DNA of 64,000 nt. Source: Verrucomicrobiia bacterium (GTDB taxonomy: Bacteria; Verrucomicrobiota; Verrucomicrobiia; Palsa-1439). The stretch's first letter is position 1. Every line of letters starts with the position of its first letter. The stretch is from the NCBI GenBank assembly GCA_041495285.1, contig JBGQCJ010000005.1, positions 15,374-79,373 on the forward strand, read 5' to 3'. Below, in pieces: positions 29,056 through 38,526 of the stretch. The translations under genes were made by a program, and so were the position numbers. The notes below the pieces were generated by a model, which ran no database searches, was not told the DNA's origin, and worked only from the letters and a program-made list of their open reading frames with translations.

Positions 29056-30636
29056 CTACGCGTAGTAGTGGTAGTTGACGTCGGGGAAGATGTTGTCGCG
29101 CCACTCGATGGAGGAAAGCCACGGTTCGTCAATGTGACCGGACTTGATCTGTTCGTAGAGACGCGCGAAACGCAGGATGTGGTCTTTGGTGCGTTTGACG
29201 GCGTACGGCACCATCGTGCCGGTCTTCATGATGAACGCCCAGTCGCTGGATTGCGCGAGAAGGAGCTCGCGAGCGGCCTGTTTGAGACCGCGCTGGACGA
29301 GGTGGTCGCCGTGCTTGTAGTTGCGTGCGAGTTCGGTCATCCGGTCGGCAGCCACGTGCAAATGCTGATAAATCCACGCGTTCGAGCCTTCGAGCCAGAC
29401 TTCCCAATAACCTTTGTTGCCCCAGCTTGAGGCACTTGGCTGGGTAATCTGCTGCGTCGGGAACATCCGCAGATACTCGGTCGGCGTCGTCAGCTTGAAG
29501 ACGTTCTGGTCGAAGCAAACTTTGCGCATGAAGTAGTTGAGGAACTCCGGCCCCTCGAACCACCAGTGGCCGTACAACTCGGCGTCGTAGGGTGAGATGA
29601 TGAGCGGTTCGCGTTTCATGACGCCGTGGAGATGCTCGACCTGCTTCTCGCGGTTGAACATGAAGTTGCCGGCGTGGCTCGCCGTCTTCTCCACAGCGGC
29701 ATGTCGGTTGTACGGCTCTTTGTGTGGCGTGCGACCGGTGATCTTGTGGTATTTGATGCCGGTAAAACAACGAATGCCGTCGGGATGGATGTACGGTTTG
29801 ATGTAGTCGTATTCGAGGTCGAAGCCAACGTCCCGGTAAAAGTCGCGGTACTCGAAGTCGCCGGGATAACCTTCCTCGGAACTCCAAACCTGCTTCGAGG
29901 AATCCATGTCGCGGCTGAATGCGGCGACGCCCGCTTGAGTGAACACCGGCGCGAACACGCCGTACCGGGGGCGCGGGTGACCGAAGAGAATCCCGTGCGT
30001 GTCCATGATGAACCACCGGATCTCGGCTTCCTGCAAAAAGTTCTCGACACCCGGTACGTACGCACATTCCGGCAGCCAAATGCCACGCGGGTCGCAGCCG
30101 AAACATTGCCGGTAATGATCGCGGGCGATCATGATTTGCGCACGGATGGATTCGGGATGCTCGGCCATCAACGGCAGAAAACCGTGCGTCGCGCCGCAGG
30201 TGATGATTTCGAGCTTGCCCATTTCCTGGAATTTGCGGAACGCGCCGACGAGGTTGCGACCGTAACTGTCGCAGAACGTAGCGCGGGCTTCTTGGAACCG
30301 GTGGTGATAGAACCACGCGAGTTCGTGGTAGGCGTGATCCCACTTCGTCCGGTCAATTTCCTTCTCGGTCAACTCGATCAGGGCCGAAATGTGTTTGACG
30401 TAGCGTTCTTGCAGCAGCGGGTCGAGGAGCATTGAGCAGAGCGGCGGCGTGAGCGACATCGTGAGACGGAAATCCACGTTGTCGCGGACGAGACCTTCCA
30501 TCACCTTGATGAGCGGGATGTAGGTCTCGGTGATTGCCTCGTAGAACCAGTCTTCCTCGAGGAAATCCTCGTACTCCGGATGACGCACGAACGGCAGGTG
30601 CGCGTGCAAAATGAGCGCTACGTAACCTTGCGGCAC
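29056..30636 (-). CDS. Glycoside hydrolase family 57 alpha-glucan branching-enzyme-like protein
   Basis: N-terminus YVALILHAHLPFVRHPEYEDF with GH57 catalytic-region conservation (…WLPECAY…, …DGIRCFTGIKYHKITG…). Confidence 0.8.
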   Translation of the reverse strand: MPQGYVALILHAHLPFVRHPEYEDFLEEDWFYEAITETYIPLIKVMEGLVRDNVDFRLTMSLTPPLCSMLLDPLLQERYVKHISALIELTEKEIDRTKWDHAYHELAWFYHHRFQEARATFCDSYGRNLVGAFRKFQEMGKLEIITCGATHGFLPLMAEHPESIRAQIMIARDHYRQCFGCDPRGIWLPECAYVPGVENFLQEAEIRWFIMDTHGILFGHPRPRYGVFAPVFTQAGVAAFSRDMDSSKQVWSSEEGYPGDFEYRDFYRDVGFDLEYDYIKPYIHPDGIRCFTGIKYHKITGRTPHKEPYNRHAAVEKTASHAGNFMFNREKQVEHLHGVMKREPLIISPYDAELYGHWWFEGPEFLNYFMRKVCFDQNVFKLTTPTEYLRMFPTQQITQPSASSWGNKGYWEVWLEGSNAWIYQHLHVAADRMTELARNYKHGDHLVQRGLKQAARELLLAQSSDWAFIMKTGTMVPYAVKRTKDHILRFARLYEQIKSGHIDEPWLSSIEWRDNIFPDVNYHYYA

Positions 30637-30672
30637 GAATTTTCTCCTTGAAGCTTGTGTCGGTGCAGCAGC

Positions 30673-32055
30673 CTACGCCGCTGCCGGTGACTTGAGGTGC
30701 GCAGGTTGTTTGACCTTGCCCACGTCACCTTTCGTCTTGGTCTTGCGTTCGAACGCCAGTTCCACGGCCCGCTTGTCATCCTTCGCGGCCGACACGGCCA
30801 CGACCGGCAATTTGTACTGACCGTCCGGGAACGTGTGATGAAACGAGAATGTCCCGTCGCTGCGCAGTTTAATCGGCTTGCCGTCAACGGTGACCTGCGC
30901 ATTCGGCTCGGTCGCACCGTAGATGATGAGTTCAGCGTTGACGGCGAACCAGAAACCTTTCGGCGGTTGCGCCTGCCAGCTCGCGCCGGCCGGACTGAAC
31001 GCGCTGAACATGCCGGAGCTGAGTTCTTCCTGTAGCCGGCGGCGCAGCCATTCGCTGATTTCGAAAGAGCCCATCTGGATGCGACGGAAAATGTCGCCGC
31101 CCAAGAGGCGCTCCAATTCTCCGGCCTGTTCCGCCGACCAAGGGCCGAGATCCAACCCGACTTTGAACGGAAACTTGAACCCGGCCAGTTGCAGACGGTG
31201 CAACGCGTCGGCCAGCGCCTCGCCATCTTTCATGTGACCCCGAATGATATTCAGGAGTTCGCGGAACGAAAAATCGATCGGGATCGTGACGAAGCGTGCG
31301 GTCGTGTCCGTCGAAACGGTGTCGGCCGGCGTGATCGCTTCGCGGGAATGACTAATGACATGGAATTTTCCGTCGTGACGCCAGAAGCCGAGTTGCGCGC
31401 TGTAAGTGGTCGCCGCCTTGTTGACCGGGATGTACCAGTTGCGCGAGTCGTGCCCGAGTGTGAATTCCTGAATCGGTTTTGCGTGACTCTTCTCGAACAC
31501 GCGCAAGAGCAGGCGTCCATCGGATGATTGGCCGCGGTAATCGGCCATCTGTTGCCCACTCAAATCCCAGTAGGCATACAGCCAATGTGGATCGCGCGCC
31601 GTGAGGAACAGCCGGCCGGTGCCGTACGCTTCCGGCAATTCACCGAGATGCTCCTCGCGGAAAATCTGTGTCGGCGGAGGCGGCACGGGGGTGACGTCGA
31701 ATTTGTGTGCGGAAAGTTCTTCGGATGGGACGTTCGCCTGTTCGTCGGCCGGCGCCGAGGTTGCGACGGCGCGAGAGGCCCGCGACGGTACCGGTTTGAC
31801 GGGCGCGGTGATGGGCGAGTCTTGGTGGGTGCGTTTGCGGATGGCGCGGCGTTTGACAGCGGCGGCCACTCGTTGGGCAACAGCGGCAACGCCCATGGGT
31901 TGTTTCGGCATGGAGCCGGTGGTCTTCTGTTGCGCCAGATGAATCCGGTCGGCCAACTCCTCTTTCTTGAGGGTGGATACGCCCCGCAAGCCGAGGCGTT
32001 GGGCAATTCTTAACAGGTCTGCCTTGGTTTTCGACAATAGGTCTGTCTTACTCAT
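30673..32055 (-). CDS. DUF4912-family protein with N-terminal Rho_N-like domain
   Basis: N-terminus LLSKTKADLLRIAQRLGLRGVSTLKKEELADRI resembles the Rho termination-factor N-terminal fold. The rest is the conserved partner of GH57 enzymes (DUF4912-like). Confidence 0.55.
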   Translation of the reverse strand: MSKTDLLSKTKADLLRIAQRLGLRGVSTLKKEELADRIHLAQQKTTGSMPKQPMGVAAVAQRVAAAVKRRAIRKRTHQDSPITAPVKPVPSRASRAVATSAPADEQANVPSEELSAHKFDVTPVPPPPTQIFREEHLGELPEAYGTGRLFLTARDPHWLYAYWDLSGQQMADYRGQSSDGRLLLRVFEKSHAKPIQEFTLGHDSRNWYIPVNKAATTYSAQLGFWRHDGKFHVISHSREAITPADTVSTDTTARFVTIPIDFSFRELLNIIRGHMKDGEALADALHRLQLAGFKFPFKVGLDLGPWSAEQAGELERLLGGDIFRRIQMGSFEISEWLRRRLQEELSSGMFSAFSPAGASWQAQPPKGFWFAVNAELIIYGATEPNAQVTVDGKPIKLRSDGTFSFHHTFPDGQYKLPVVAVSAAKDDKRAVELAFERKTKTKGDVGKVKQPAHLKSPAAA

Positions 32056-32204
32056 GACGGTACTTCCTCCTGACTCCCTCGCAATGCGCGGGGCACGTCT
32101 TCTCCAAGTGGGAGTAGCTTAGAACAAAGGCGGACTGAATGTAAACCGTTTATTTGCGGAGCGCGGTCCGCCTACGGCTAACTGTCTGCACGGCAGGTTG
32201 TTTA

Positions 32205-32714
32205 CTAGTAGTAGTACCGGCGCGGAGGAGGCGGATACAGGCTTGGGGTGTTGATCATAAAATCAATCACCTTCTCGCTGACGCCCGAATCCTTCAGGTC
32301 AATGATCTCCGCCGTAGTGAGACGGTAGACGACCCGGGAGTTGCGGATTTGGCTGATGATGACTTCGTCGCTCACGCCCGCTTTGGCCAGCGCCTTGATG
32401 TCGGCCAGTCCGAGCGGCTGGCCCTGTTCGACGCGTTGCAGCGTGGCCGGACTTTGTTCTTGGAGTGACTCGCGCTGGGCTTGGTCAATTGAGCGGCCAA
32501 TAATTCCGCCGGTGAGCGCGCCGAGCGCGCCGCCGATGGCTGCGCCTGCACCGGCATTGCCGGTGGCGCTACCGATGATCGCCCCCGTACCGGCGCCCAA
32601 GATCCCGCCTCCCAGCGCGCCGGATGCGGTGCGGTCGGTCCTGCCTTCCGGAGTTTGGCAGCCAGTGACCAACAGGGCTGCAGTGAGCAATCCTAAAGTA
32701 ATCTGCCTTTTCAT
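32205..32714 (-). CDS. Lipoprotein with glycine-zipper domain and tandem C-terminal repeats
   Basis: Lipobox LLVTGC. GALGGGILGAGTGAIIGSATGNAGAGAAIGGALGALTGGIIG glycine zipper. Two repeats (LADIKALAKAGVSDEVIISQI / TAEIIDLKDSGVSEKVIDFMI). Confidence 0.5.
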   Translation of the reverse strand: MKRQITLGLLTAALLVTGCQTPEGRTDRTASGALGGGILGAGTGAIIGSATGNAGAGAAIGGALGALTGGIIGRSIDQAQRESLQEQSPATLQRVEQGQPLGLADIKALAKAGVSDEVIISQIRNSRVVYRLTTAEIIDLKDSGVSEKVIDFMINTPSLYPPPPRRYYY

Positions 32715-32810
32715 GTAAGTTCTCCCTTTTTCAACCTATGCGGCCATCGTCTGAGACGAAACATAGACCATCCCTATTCAGCCGGCAAGATTGGTCCATC
32801 AAACCGAATG

Positions 32811-34043
32811 TTAGAACGTGTAGGTGAGGTTCGCGGTGATGCGATTCGCGTCGTAGCTGCTGGAGGGGAGGTTTGAGGTGCGGCTTTGGTGAAGATACTG
32901 GATGACGCCACTGAGATGTCTTGTGAAAGTGCGCTGCAAACTGAAACCAAAACCAAGAAGATCGGCGGTTTCCGCGGGCGTCCCCGACAACGACTGCAGA
33001 TGTGTCCATTGGATCGACGGTGACAGGGTCAGACGAGCGTTAAGCCGGTGTGAGATTGTGTAAGCGACGCCCGTTACCTCGGTGATGTTGGCATTTTGAA
33101 GTGCTGCCGTGATGCCGGGGCTGCGGAAAACTGAGATGGTGTGGCTGGTGTTAGGCCGGAGACCCTGGGCGTAGGTAACCGCCATCGTTGAGCTAATCCC
33201 GTCGATGTTCTGCGCAGTATTCGTCCCGACCGCGTCGATCGTGGAATGTGCATACCCCACGCTGATTGAGCCAAACAGGTTTGGCGTAATCTGGCCCGCG
33301 ACACCAATCGAGGAACTGTACCCCGATGAACTCGCTTTGGCTGGGTCTGACGGATAATACAACCCATAGGTGTTGGCGAGGAAGACTGAGAAACCCTCGC
33401 GCAAGTAAAAGGACGGCGTGATGGAAAATGAATACGTCGTCTGCTCCAAGAAAGGGTCATCGGGATATATCTGATCCCCGCGACTCGCCCCTAGGGCTAG
33501 GCCAGTCTGACCGAACCGGCGTGAGACGTTCAAGCTGGCGGTATTATTGTACTGGGGAACCTTCGTTCTATTCACGGCAAAAGAACTTTCCAGCGGGTCG
33601 TTTGTGAAACTGAAGCTGTCATTTAAGTCGACATCCCACCCGATGACATAGAAGGGGAGATCCAATGAAGCTGCTATCGGTGCGCCGAATGTGTCGCCCT
33701 TGTTGCCGGTGAGCGATTTTTCGTAACTGACGGCGAGCGACAGCGTGAACCGTTGACCTCCCGAGAATAGAACCGGCATGTCCGCACCGCCGGAGATCGT
33801 GGGACCGAGGGTTAATGAAATGTCCGACTTCGGATTGTTTTGGCTCGCGTTGACGTTGTCGGTGTATTCAACACCCGCCTGAAAACCCAAGTTCATGCGA
33901 AACGGTCCCCACCGGACCGTCTGAGCTTGGCTGGCCGAACCCACCCCGAGTCCAAGAACCAAGAGAAGCCATTGCCTGCAGTGCCTATGCGGTACGAATC
34001 GCCGTTTCATCCCAATTCTCGAGCGCGCTTGAGAAAACCTCAC
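32811..34043 (-). CDS. Putative outer-membrane beta-barrel protein
   Basis: Signal peptide. Alternating hydrophobic pattern. C-terminal ...ANLTYTF with terminal Phe, typical of OMP beta-barrels. Confidence 0.5.
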   Translation of the reverse strand: MRFSQARSRIGMKRRFVPHRHCRQWLLLVLGLGVGSASQAQTVRWGPFRMNLGFQAGVEYTDNVNASQNNPKSDISLTLGPTISGGADMPVLFSGGQRFTLSLAVSYEKSLTGNKGDTFGAPIAASLDLPFYVIGWDVDLNDSFSFTNDPLESSFAVNRTKVPQYNNTASLNVSRRFGQTGLALGASRGDQIYPDDPFLEQTTYSFSITPSFYLREGFSVFLANTYGLYYPSDPAKASSSGYSSSIGVAGQITPNLFGSISVGYAHSTIDAVGTNTAQNIDGISSTMAVTYAQGLRPNTSHTISVFRSPGITAALQNANITEVTGVAYTISHRLNARLTLSPSIQWTHLQSLSGTPAETADLLGFGFSLQRTFTRHLSGVIQYLHQSRTSNLPSSSYDANRITANLTYTF

Positions 34044-34156
34044 ATACCCTTTCGCTACCCTCTCGGCGAGAATAGACTGCAGCCCATGTTAAATGTCTTT
34101 GCGCTGGCTGTAAATTAAAAAAGATGGCCAATTCACACGAGAAAAGCGGTTGAACT

Positions 34157-35173
34157 TCACTTCGCGGTACGCCGGGGAGGCACGGGAAGCGGCACCTCTT
34201 CCCGCGTCCACCGATGGATCAACTCACGGTAGTGAACGTTCAACGAGGCACCCAGCCCGATCATGCACAAGATCGCCAAGCTGAAGAAGATGTATCCCGA
34301 ATAGTCGTGATAGATCCGCATGGCCAAATCCTGGCCAAATCCCTGTGCCACGAACGCGATCGTGGTGATTCTGGCGAGATTGCCCAGCACCGCCAGCGGA
34401 ATACTGGAGAAAAACAACAGCCACTTCTTCCATGTCTTATCCATCGTCACAAACCCGTACAACGACGTCAGCGCCATCAGCGCCACCATGGACCGAATCC
34501 CGCTGCACGGGTCCTCAACCCCCAGCGGCTGGAACCGCCCGAGCCGGGAGATGATGCTCGTACCATTCTGATAAACGTCCATCCCAAACAAATTCAGGAA
34601 GCCGGTGGAGAGCGTCGTCGCAAACATCCGCAACGGAAACGCCAATCGTTCGTCGAGGAAGTTGACCGGGATCATGAACAGCAGAAATGCGCACGGAAAC
34701 CAGAGCGCCCGCGCCCAACGCCATCCCGCGAGGTAAAGAACCAACCCGAAAACCAACACGACCAGCGAGCCGGCCAAGAGACGCGGGTTGGCCGCCTTCG
34801 CGCCGACCCAGTAGATCAGCACTGCCAGCACGACCGTCCCCAACCCCACCCACGATGTCCGCATCGGCACCGAGCGCAATTTCTTCTTCCAAATCCAAAT
34901 CCCCAATCCAAGCGACACTAGCGGTGCGAACGGCCCGTGCGCGTAATCCTCCCCGGTAAACCAGTATCCCGCCAGCCAGCCGAAAACCGAAACCGGCACG
35001 GCTCGCTGTTCACACGTCTTGCTGACGAAATACGCGTAGAAAACTAGTAAGAAACCGATACCGGCCAAGATCAGGCGCTTGTTCGTCTCGGGATCGTTGG
35101 ACAGATGCAGCCCCGAAAGCCGGGAGAAGGCCGACGGCGGGCCGGAAGCCTGTGGTGAATCGCTGCCCCTCAT
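34157..35173 (-). CDS. Exosortase (EpsH/XrtA family)
   Basis: Eight-TM architecture. Conserved exosortase active-site motifs DPCSGIRS (Cys) and ...LGNLARIT... (Arg). Start ATG 35173 (MRGSDSPQ...). Confidence 0.75.
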   Translation of the reverse strand: MRGSDSPQASGPPSAFSRLSGLHLSNDPETNKRLILAGIGFLLVFYAYFVSKTCEQRAVPVSVFGWLAGYWFTGEDYAHGPFAPLVSLGLGIWIWKKKLRSVPMRTSWVGLGTVVLAVLIYWVGAKAANPRLLAGSLVVLVFGLVLYLAGWRWARALWFPCAFLLFMIPVNFLDERLAFPLRMFATTLSTGFLNLFGMDVYQNGTSIISRLGRFQPLGVEDPCSGIRSMVALMALTSLYGFVTMDKTWKKWLLFFSSIPLAVLGNLARITTIAFVAQGFGQDLAMRIYHDYSGYIFFSLAILCMIGLGASLNVHYRELIHRWTREEVPLPVPPRRTAK

Positions 35174-35241
35174 CAACTGCACCCGCTTATCATTGGCCAC
35201 AACAAGCCAAAAGTCAAACCTGCCGGTACGACGCCGGCCCC

Positions 35242-37017
35242 CTACCGGTGGCGCGTGCTGATGAGCACCTGGATTCCCCGCACCGTCAACCACCCATCCT
35301 TGACTTTCAGTGGCAGATTGGCCGGTGGATCGTAGAAAAACATCCCCATCCAGAACCGGTCATGGGCGCTCATCATTTCCGCCGGATTGTGCTCCAGTAT
35401 GGCTTGCGTCAGATAGATTCCCGCGATGGGATGCACGTTATCGTTGATGGCGAAGAAATCCTTCTCGCCCGGGTGCCCCTCGGCATCAAACGGCAACCAG
35501 ATCGCCGTCCGATCCGCATACCATGCCACCGCCCACGGAGCATCGCTCATGAGCGCCTCGTCTTCTCGAAACGTGCCGGCGACGTGCTCGACGATGGTCG
35601 CCGGATCCGGCCCGAAATACACAACGCCCGGTGGTAAAATTGTGAAGATGAACGGCACCGCGTTCAGCGCCACAAACAGCCCCACCATTCCCGTCCGCAA
35701 GAGTCGCGTCCGAAACTGTAACCGCTCGAACAGCACATAGAAAAACGCCGCCGCATAGATAATCACCAGCGGCATGAACACATTCAGGAAATTCCGCTGG
35801 AGCAGACCGGCCACCGCCAGCCAGACCATGCTGATCAACATGCTCCAAAACACCAGCCGCCGCAGCCGAAACACTTCCACGCGCCGGAACCGATGCAGCA
35901 AGGCCGCCAGAAAAAATGCGATGAGATAATTTGAACCAACCTCCTTCAGCACATTCTCGTACAATTCCCGCCCGTTCAGCAACGCCTTGCGTATCACCGG
36001 CCAGACCTTGAACCGTGGCAAATCCACCTCAAACGCGCGCTGCAACTGTCCCGGCTTGATCTCCGTCGCGGTGCCCTTCCCGACACCCTCCAGCACCTCG
36101 AACGGCGCGAGTCCGAACGGGGTTTGCGCCACCCCCACATTGCGCACCACCCACGGCGTCAGCACCAACAGAAACACACCGAGGCACAAACCCACCTTCA
36201 TGTGCCATTGTTTGGGAAACGACACCGCAATGTACACCAACAACGGCACCAGCACCGACGCGAACGCGTATTGCGTCAGCGTCCCCAGTCCCACCGCCAA
36301 CGCGCTGGCCGCCAGCGCACCGTTCACCCACCACGCCGACCGGCCCGCCTCCTGCCATTTCTCCGCCTTCAACACTCCGTGGGCCGCCGTCAAAAACAAC
36401 ACGCTCAACAATCCCATCGGCAGTCCGGACATCCCCATATCCAGCAGCGAATCGCAGAACAAATACAGAAATGCGCTCAACACCGCCACGCGGTGATCAA
36501 ACATCTCCCGCGCCAGCATGTACATCAACACCATCCCGACCAGATAAAACAGCCACGACACGACCATCAACAACCGATCCGCCCGGACCGTTTGCATTCC
36601 GACCTTCATCTGAAAATCCGGTTGCACGACGCGAAACACGGTGGAAAGAAGCAACGGATAAAACGGCGGCGTCCACAACTCCGGCTGCGTCCCCAGCTTC
36701 GCGTCCAGCAGCGGCTTGCCGATCGAGTTCAGATAACCCAGCGCCATGGGGCGGATGTCTTCCGTCACGTAGCCCCGGCCGCGCCAGAGATTGCGGCCGA
36801 GTTGTCCCATATCCATCGCTTCAGGATCCCGCAAACCAACAAACTGCGTGCCGGTGTACAGCAGGATGATCATCAGCACCAGCAGGCAAAACAACCCCAG
36901 CCGAAACCATTGCACGCCGAGGCCCACATCCAACTTGAAAATCCAATCCTGGATGCGCTCAAACAGTGGTTGTTGCGGAGTTGGTTGTTCGGTTTTCTTG
37001 CCGAGGATCAAGGGCAT
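35242..37017 (-). CDS. Polytopic membrane protein, GT-C (ArnT/PMT-like) glycosyltransferase-like
   Basis: 591 aa, about 13 predicted TM helices and a C-terminal soluble domain. N-terminal loop ...GQLGRNLWRGRGYVTEDIRP... resembles the GT-C first periplasmic loop. Weak assignment. Confidence 0.35.
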   Translation of the reverse strand: MPLILGKKTEQPTPQQPLFERIQDWIFKLDVGLGVQWFRLGLFCLLVLMIILLYTGTQFVGLRDPEAMDMGQLGRNLWRGRGYVTEDIRPMALGYLNSIGKPLLDAKLGTQPELWTPPFYPLLLSTVFRVVQPDFQMKVGMQTVRADRLLMVVSWLFYLVGMVLMYMLAREMFDHRVAVLSAFLYLFCDSLLDMGMSGLPMGLLSVLFLTAAHGVLKAEKWQEAGRSAWWVNGALAASALAVGLGTLTQYAFASVLVPLLVYIAVSFPKQWHMKVGLCLGVFLLVLTPWVVRNVGVAQTPFGLAPFEVLEGVGKGTATEIKPGQLQRAFEVDLPRFKVWPVIRKALLNGRELYENVLKEVGSNYLIAFFLAALLHRFRRVEVFRLRRLVFWSMLISMVWLAVAGLLQRNFLNVFMPLVIIYAAAFFYVLFERLQFRTRLLRTGMVGLFVALNAVPFIFTILPPGVVYFGPDPATIVEHVAGTFREDEALMSDAPWAVAWYADRTAIWLPFDAEGHPGEKDFFAINDNVHPIAGIYLTQAILEHNPAEMMSAHDRFWMGMFFYDPPANLPLKVKDGWLTVRGIQVLISTRHR

Positions 37018-37107
37018 GGCGACAAACGTGAGCTTATCCTACGCCAGCAGGCCGTTCAAGGACATTGCTCCCGCCAGAGTTTGAGACGAGCAACCGGGCT
37101 GCAGCGT

Positions 37108-38526
37108 TCAGGATTTTCGCCGCGAATACGCGTGCGTCGAAGTGCCGTAGAAAACTTCCGCGCACTCCATCAACGTCTCCGAAAGTGTCGGATGTGGATG
37201 AACCGACTCGGCCAAGTCTCTTGCCGTCGCGCCCATCTCCACCGCCAACACGCCTTCGCCAATGAGTTCGCTGGCCCCGTGGCCAACAATTCCCACGCCG
37301 AGCACGCGTTCCGTCTCCGGTTCGATGATCAATTTGGTAAGCCCGTCGGTCCGGTCGAAACTCAGCGCCCTACCGGACGCCGTCCACGGAAACTTCGCGA
37401 CCTGCACTTCAATTCCTTTCGCGCGCGCCTCCGCTTCCGTCAGACCACACCACGCCACTTCGGGATCGGTAAACACGACCGCCGGTATGATCGGCGCATC
37501 GGCACCGTCCGCCTCGCCGACAATCGCATCCACGGCAATCCTCGCTTCCCGGGACGCTTTGTGCGCGAGCAACACACCACCGGCCACGTCGCCAATCGCG
37601 TAGATGGCCGGGTCAGCGGTCTGCTGATTCGCGTTCACGTCAATGAAACCCTTATCGTCGCGCTCGACCTTCGTGTTCTCCAAACCCAAATCACCGCAGT
37701 TCGGCGCGCGGCCAACCGACACGAGCACCCGGTCGTACAATTCTTCTTTCTGTTGTCCATCTATTTCGAACACGACCTTGATCTGCTTACCGACTGTCGC
37801 CATTTTCAAGACCTTCACACCCAACCGCACTTCACGGAACGCCTTCTCCGCGTATCGCATCACCGGGCGTACCAAGTCCGGATCCGCGCCGGTCAGAATC
37901 GAATTCAACGCCTCAACGACCACCACCTTGCTACCGAGCGCCGCGTACACCGTTCCCAATTCCATACCGATGTAACCGCCGCCAACCACCAGCAAGTTCT
38001 CCGGTATCTCTTCAACCTCCAGCGCCTCGCGCGAAGTCATCACGCGCGGATTACCGAGGTCGAACGCCTTCGGCATCGCCGACTTCGAACCGACCGCGAT
38101 AATCACCTGATCGTACGTGACGAACTTCTGTCCTCCGCTCGTCTCGACGCGCAACGTCTTCGAATCCTCGAAGTACCCGCGCCCGTGCATCACCTCGACG
38201 CCACGCTTCTGCGCCAAGCCGGTAATCCCGCCGCCAAGCTTGTCGAGAATTGAATTCTTCCACACCCGGAGTTTATCGAGATCAACCTTCGGCGGCTGAA
38301 AGCTGATACCCCGACGCTCCGATTCTTTCGCTTCCGCGATCAACTTTGCCGCGTGCAGCAGCGCCTTCGACGGGATGCAACCGCGATTCAAGCACACGCC
38401 GCCCAAGCGCTCATCGCGTTCGACGAGGATGACTTTCTTGCCCCGGTCGGCAGCATAAAACGCGGCAGCGTAACCGCCGGGCCCCGCGCCGAGCACCACA
38501 ATGTCTGTCTTGATCGCGTCCATCAA
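37108..38526 (-). CDS. lpdA: Dihydrolipoyl dehydrogenase (E3)
   Basis: IVVLGAGPGGYAAAFYAADRGKKVILVER...GGVCLNRGCIPSKALL has the FAD GxGxxG and redox-active CxxxxC. Full-length conservation. Confidence 0.9.
   Translation of the reverse strand: MMDAIKTDIVVLGAGPGGYAAAFYAADRGKKVILVERDERLGGVCLNRGCIPSKALLHAAKLIAEAKESERRGISFQPPKVDLDKLRVWKNSILDKLGGGITGLAQKRGVEVMHGRGYFEDSKTLRVETSGGQKFVTYDQVIIAVGSKSAMPKAFDLGNPRVMTSREALEVEEIPENLLVVGGGYIGMELGTVYAALGSKVVVVEALNSILTGADPDLVRPVMRYAEKAFREVRLGVKVLKMATVGKQIKVVFEIDGQQKEELYDRVLVSVGRAPNCGDLGLENTKVERDDKGFIDVNANQQTADPAIYAIGDVAGGVLLAHKASREARIAVDAIVGEADGADAPIIPAVVFTDPEVAWCGLTEAEARAKGIEVQVAKFPWTASGRALSFDRTDGLTKLIIEPETERVLGVGIVGHGASELIGEGVLAVEMGATARDLAESVHPHPTLSETLMECAEVFYGTSTHAYSRRKS

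Noticed and set aside
29129-30343. 404-aa minus-strand ORF, Arg/Pro-rich
   Set aside because: Alternative frame of the GH57 gene. The GH57 frame carries the conserved motifs.
36124-38253. 709-aa ORF on the plus strand, rich in Arg/His/Gln
   Set aside because: Antisense to the GT-C-like membrane protein and lpdA. Typical long spurious ORF of high-GC DNA. No motifs.; overlaps well-supported genes.
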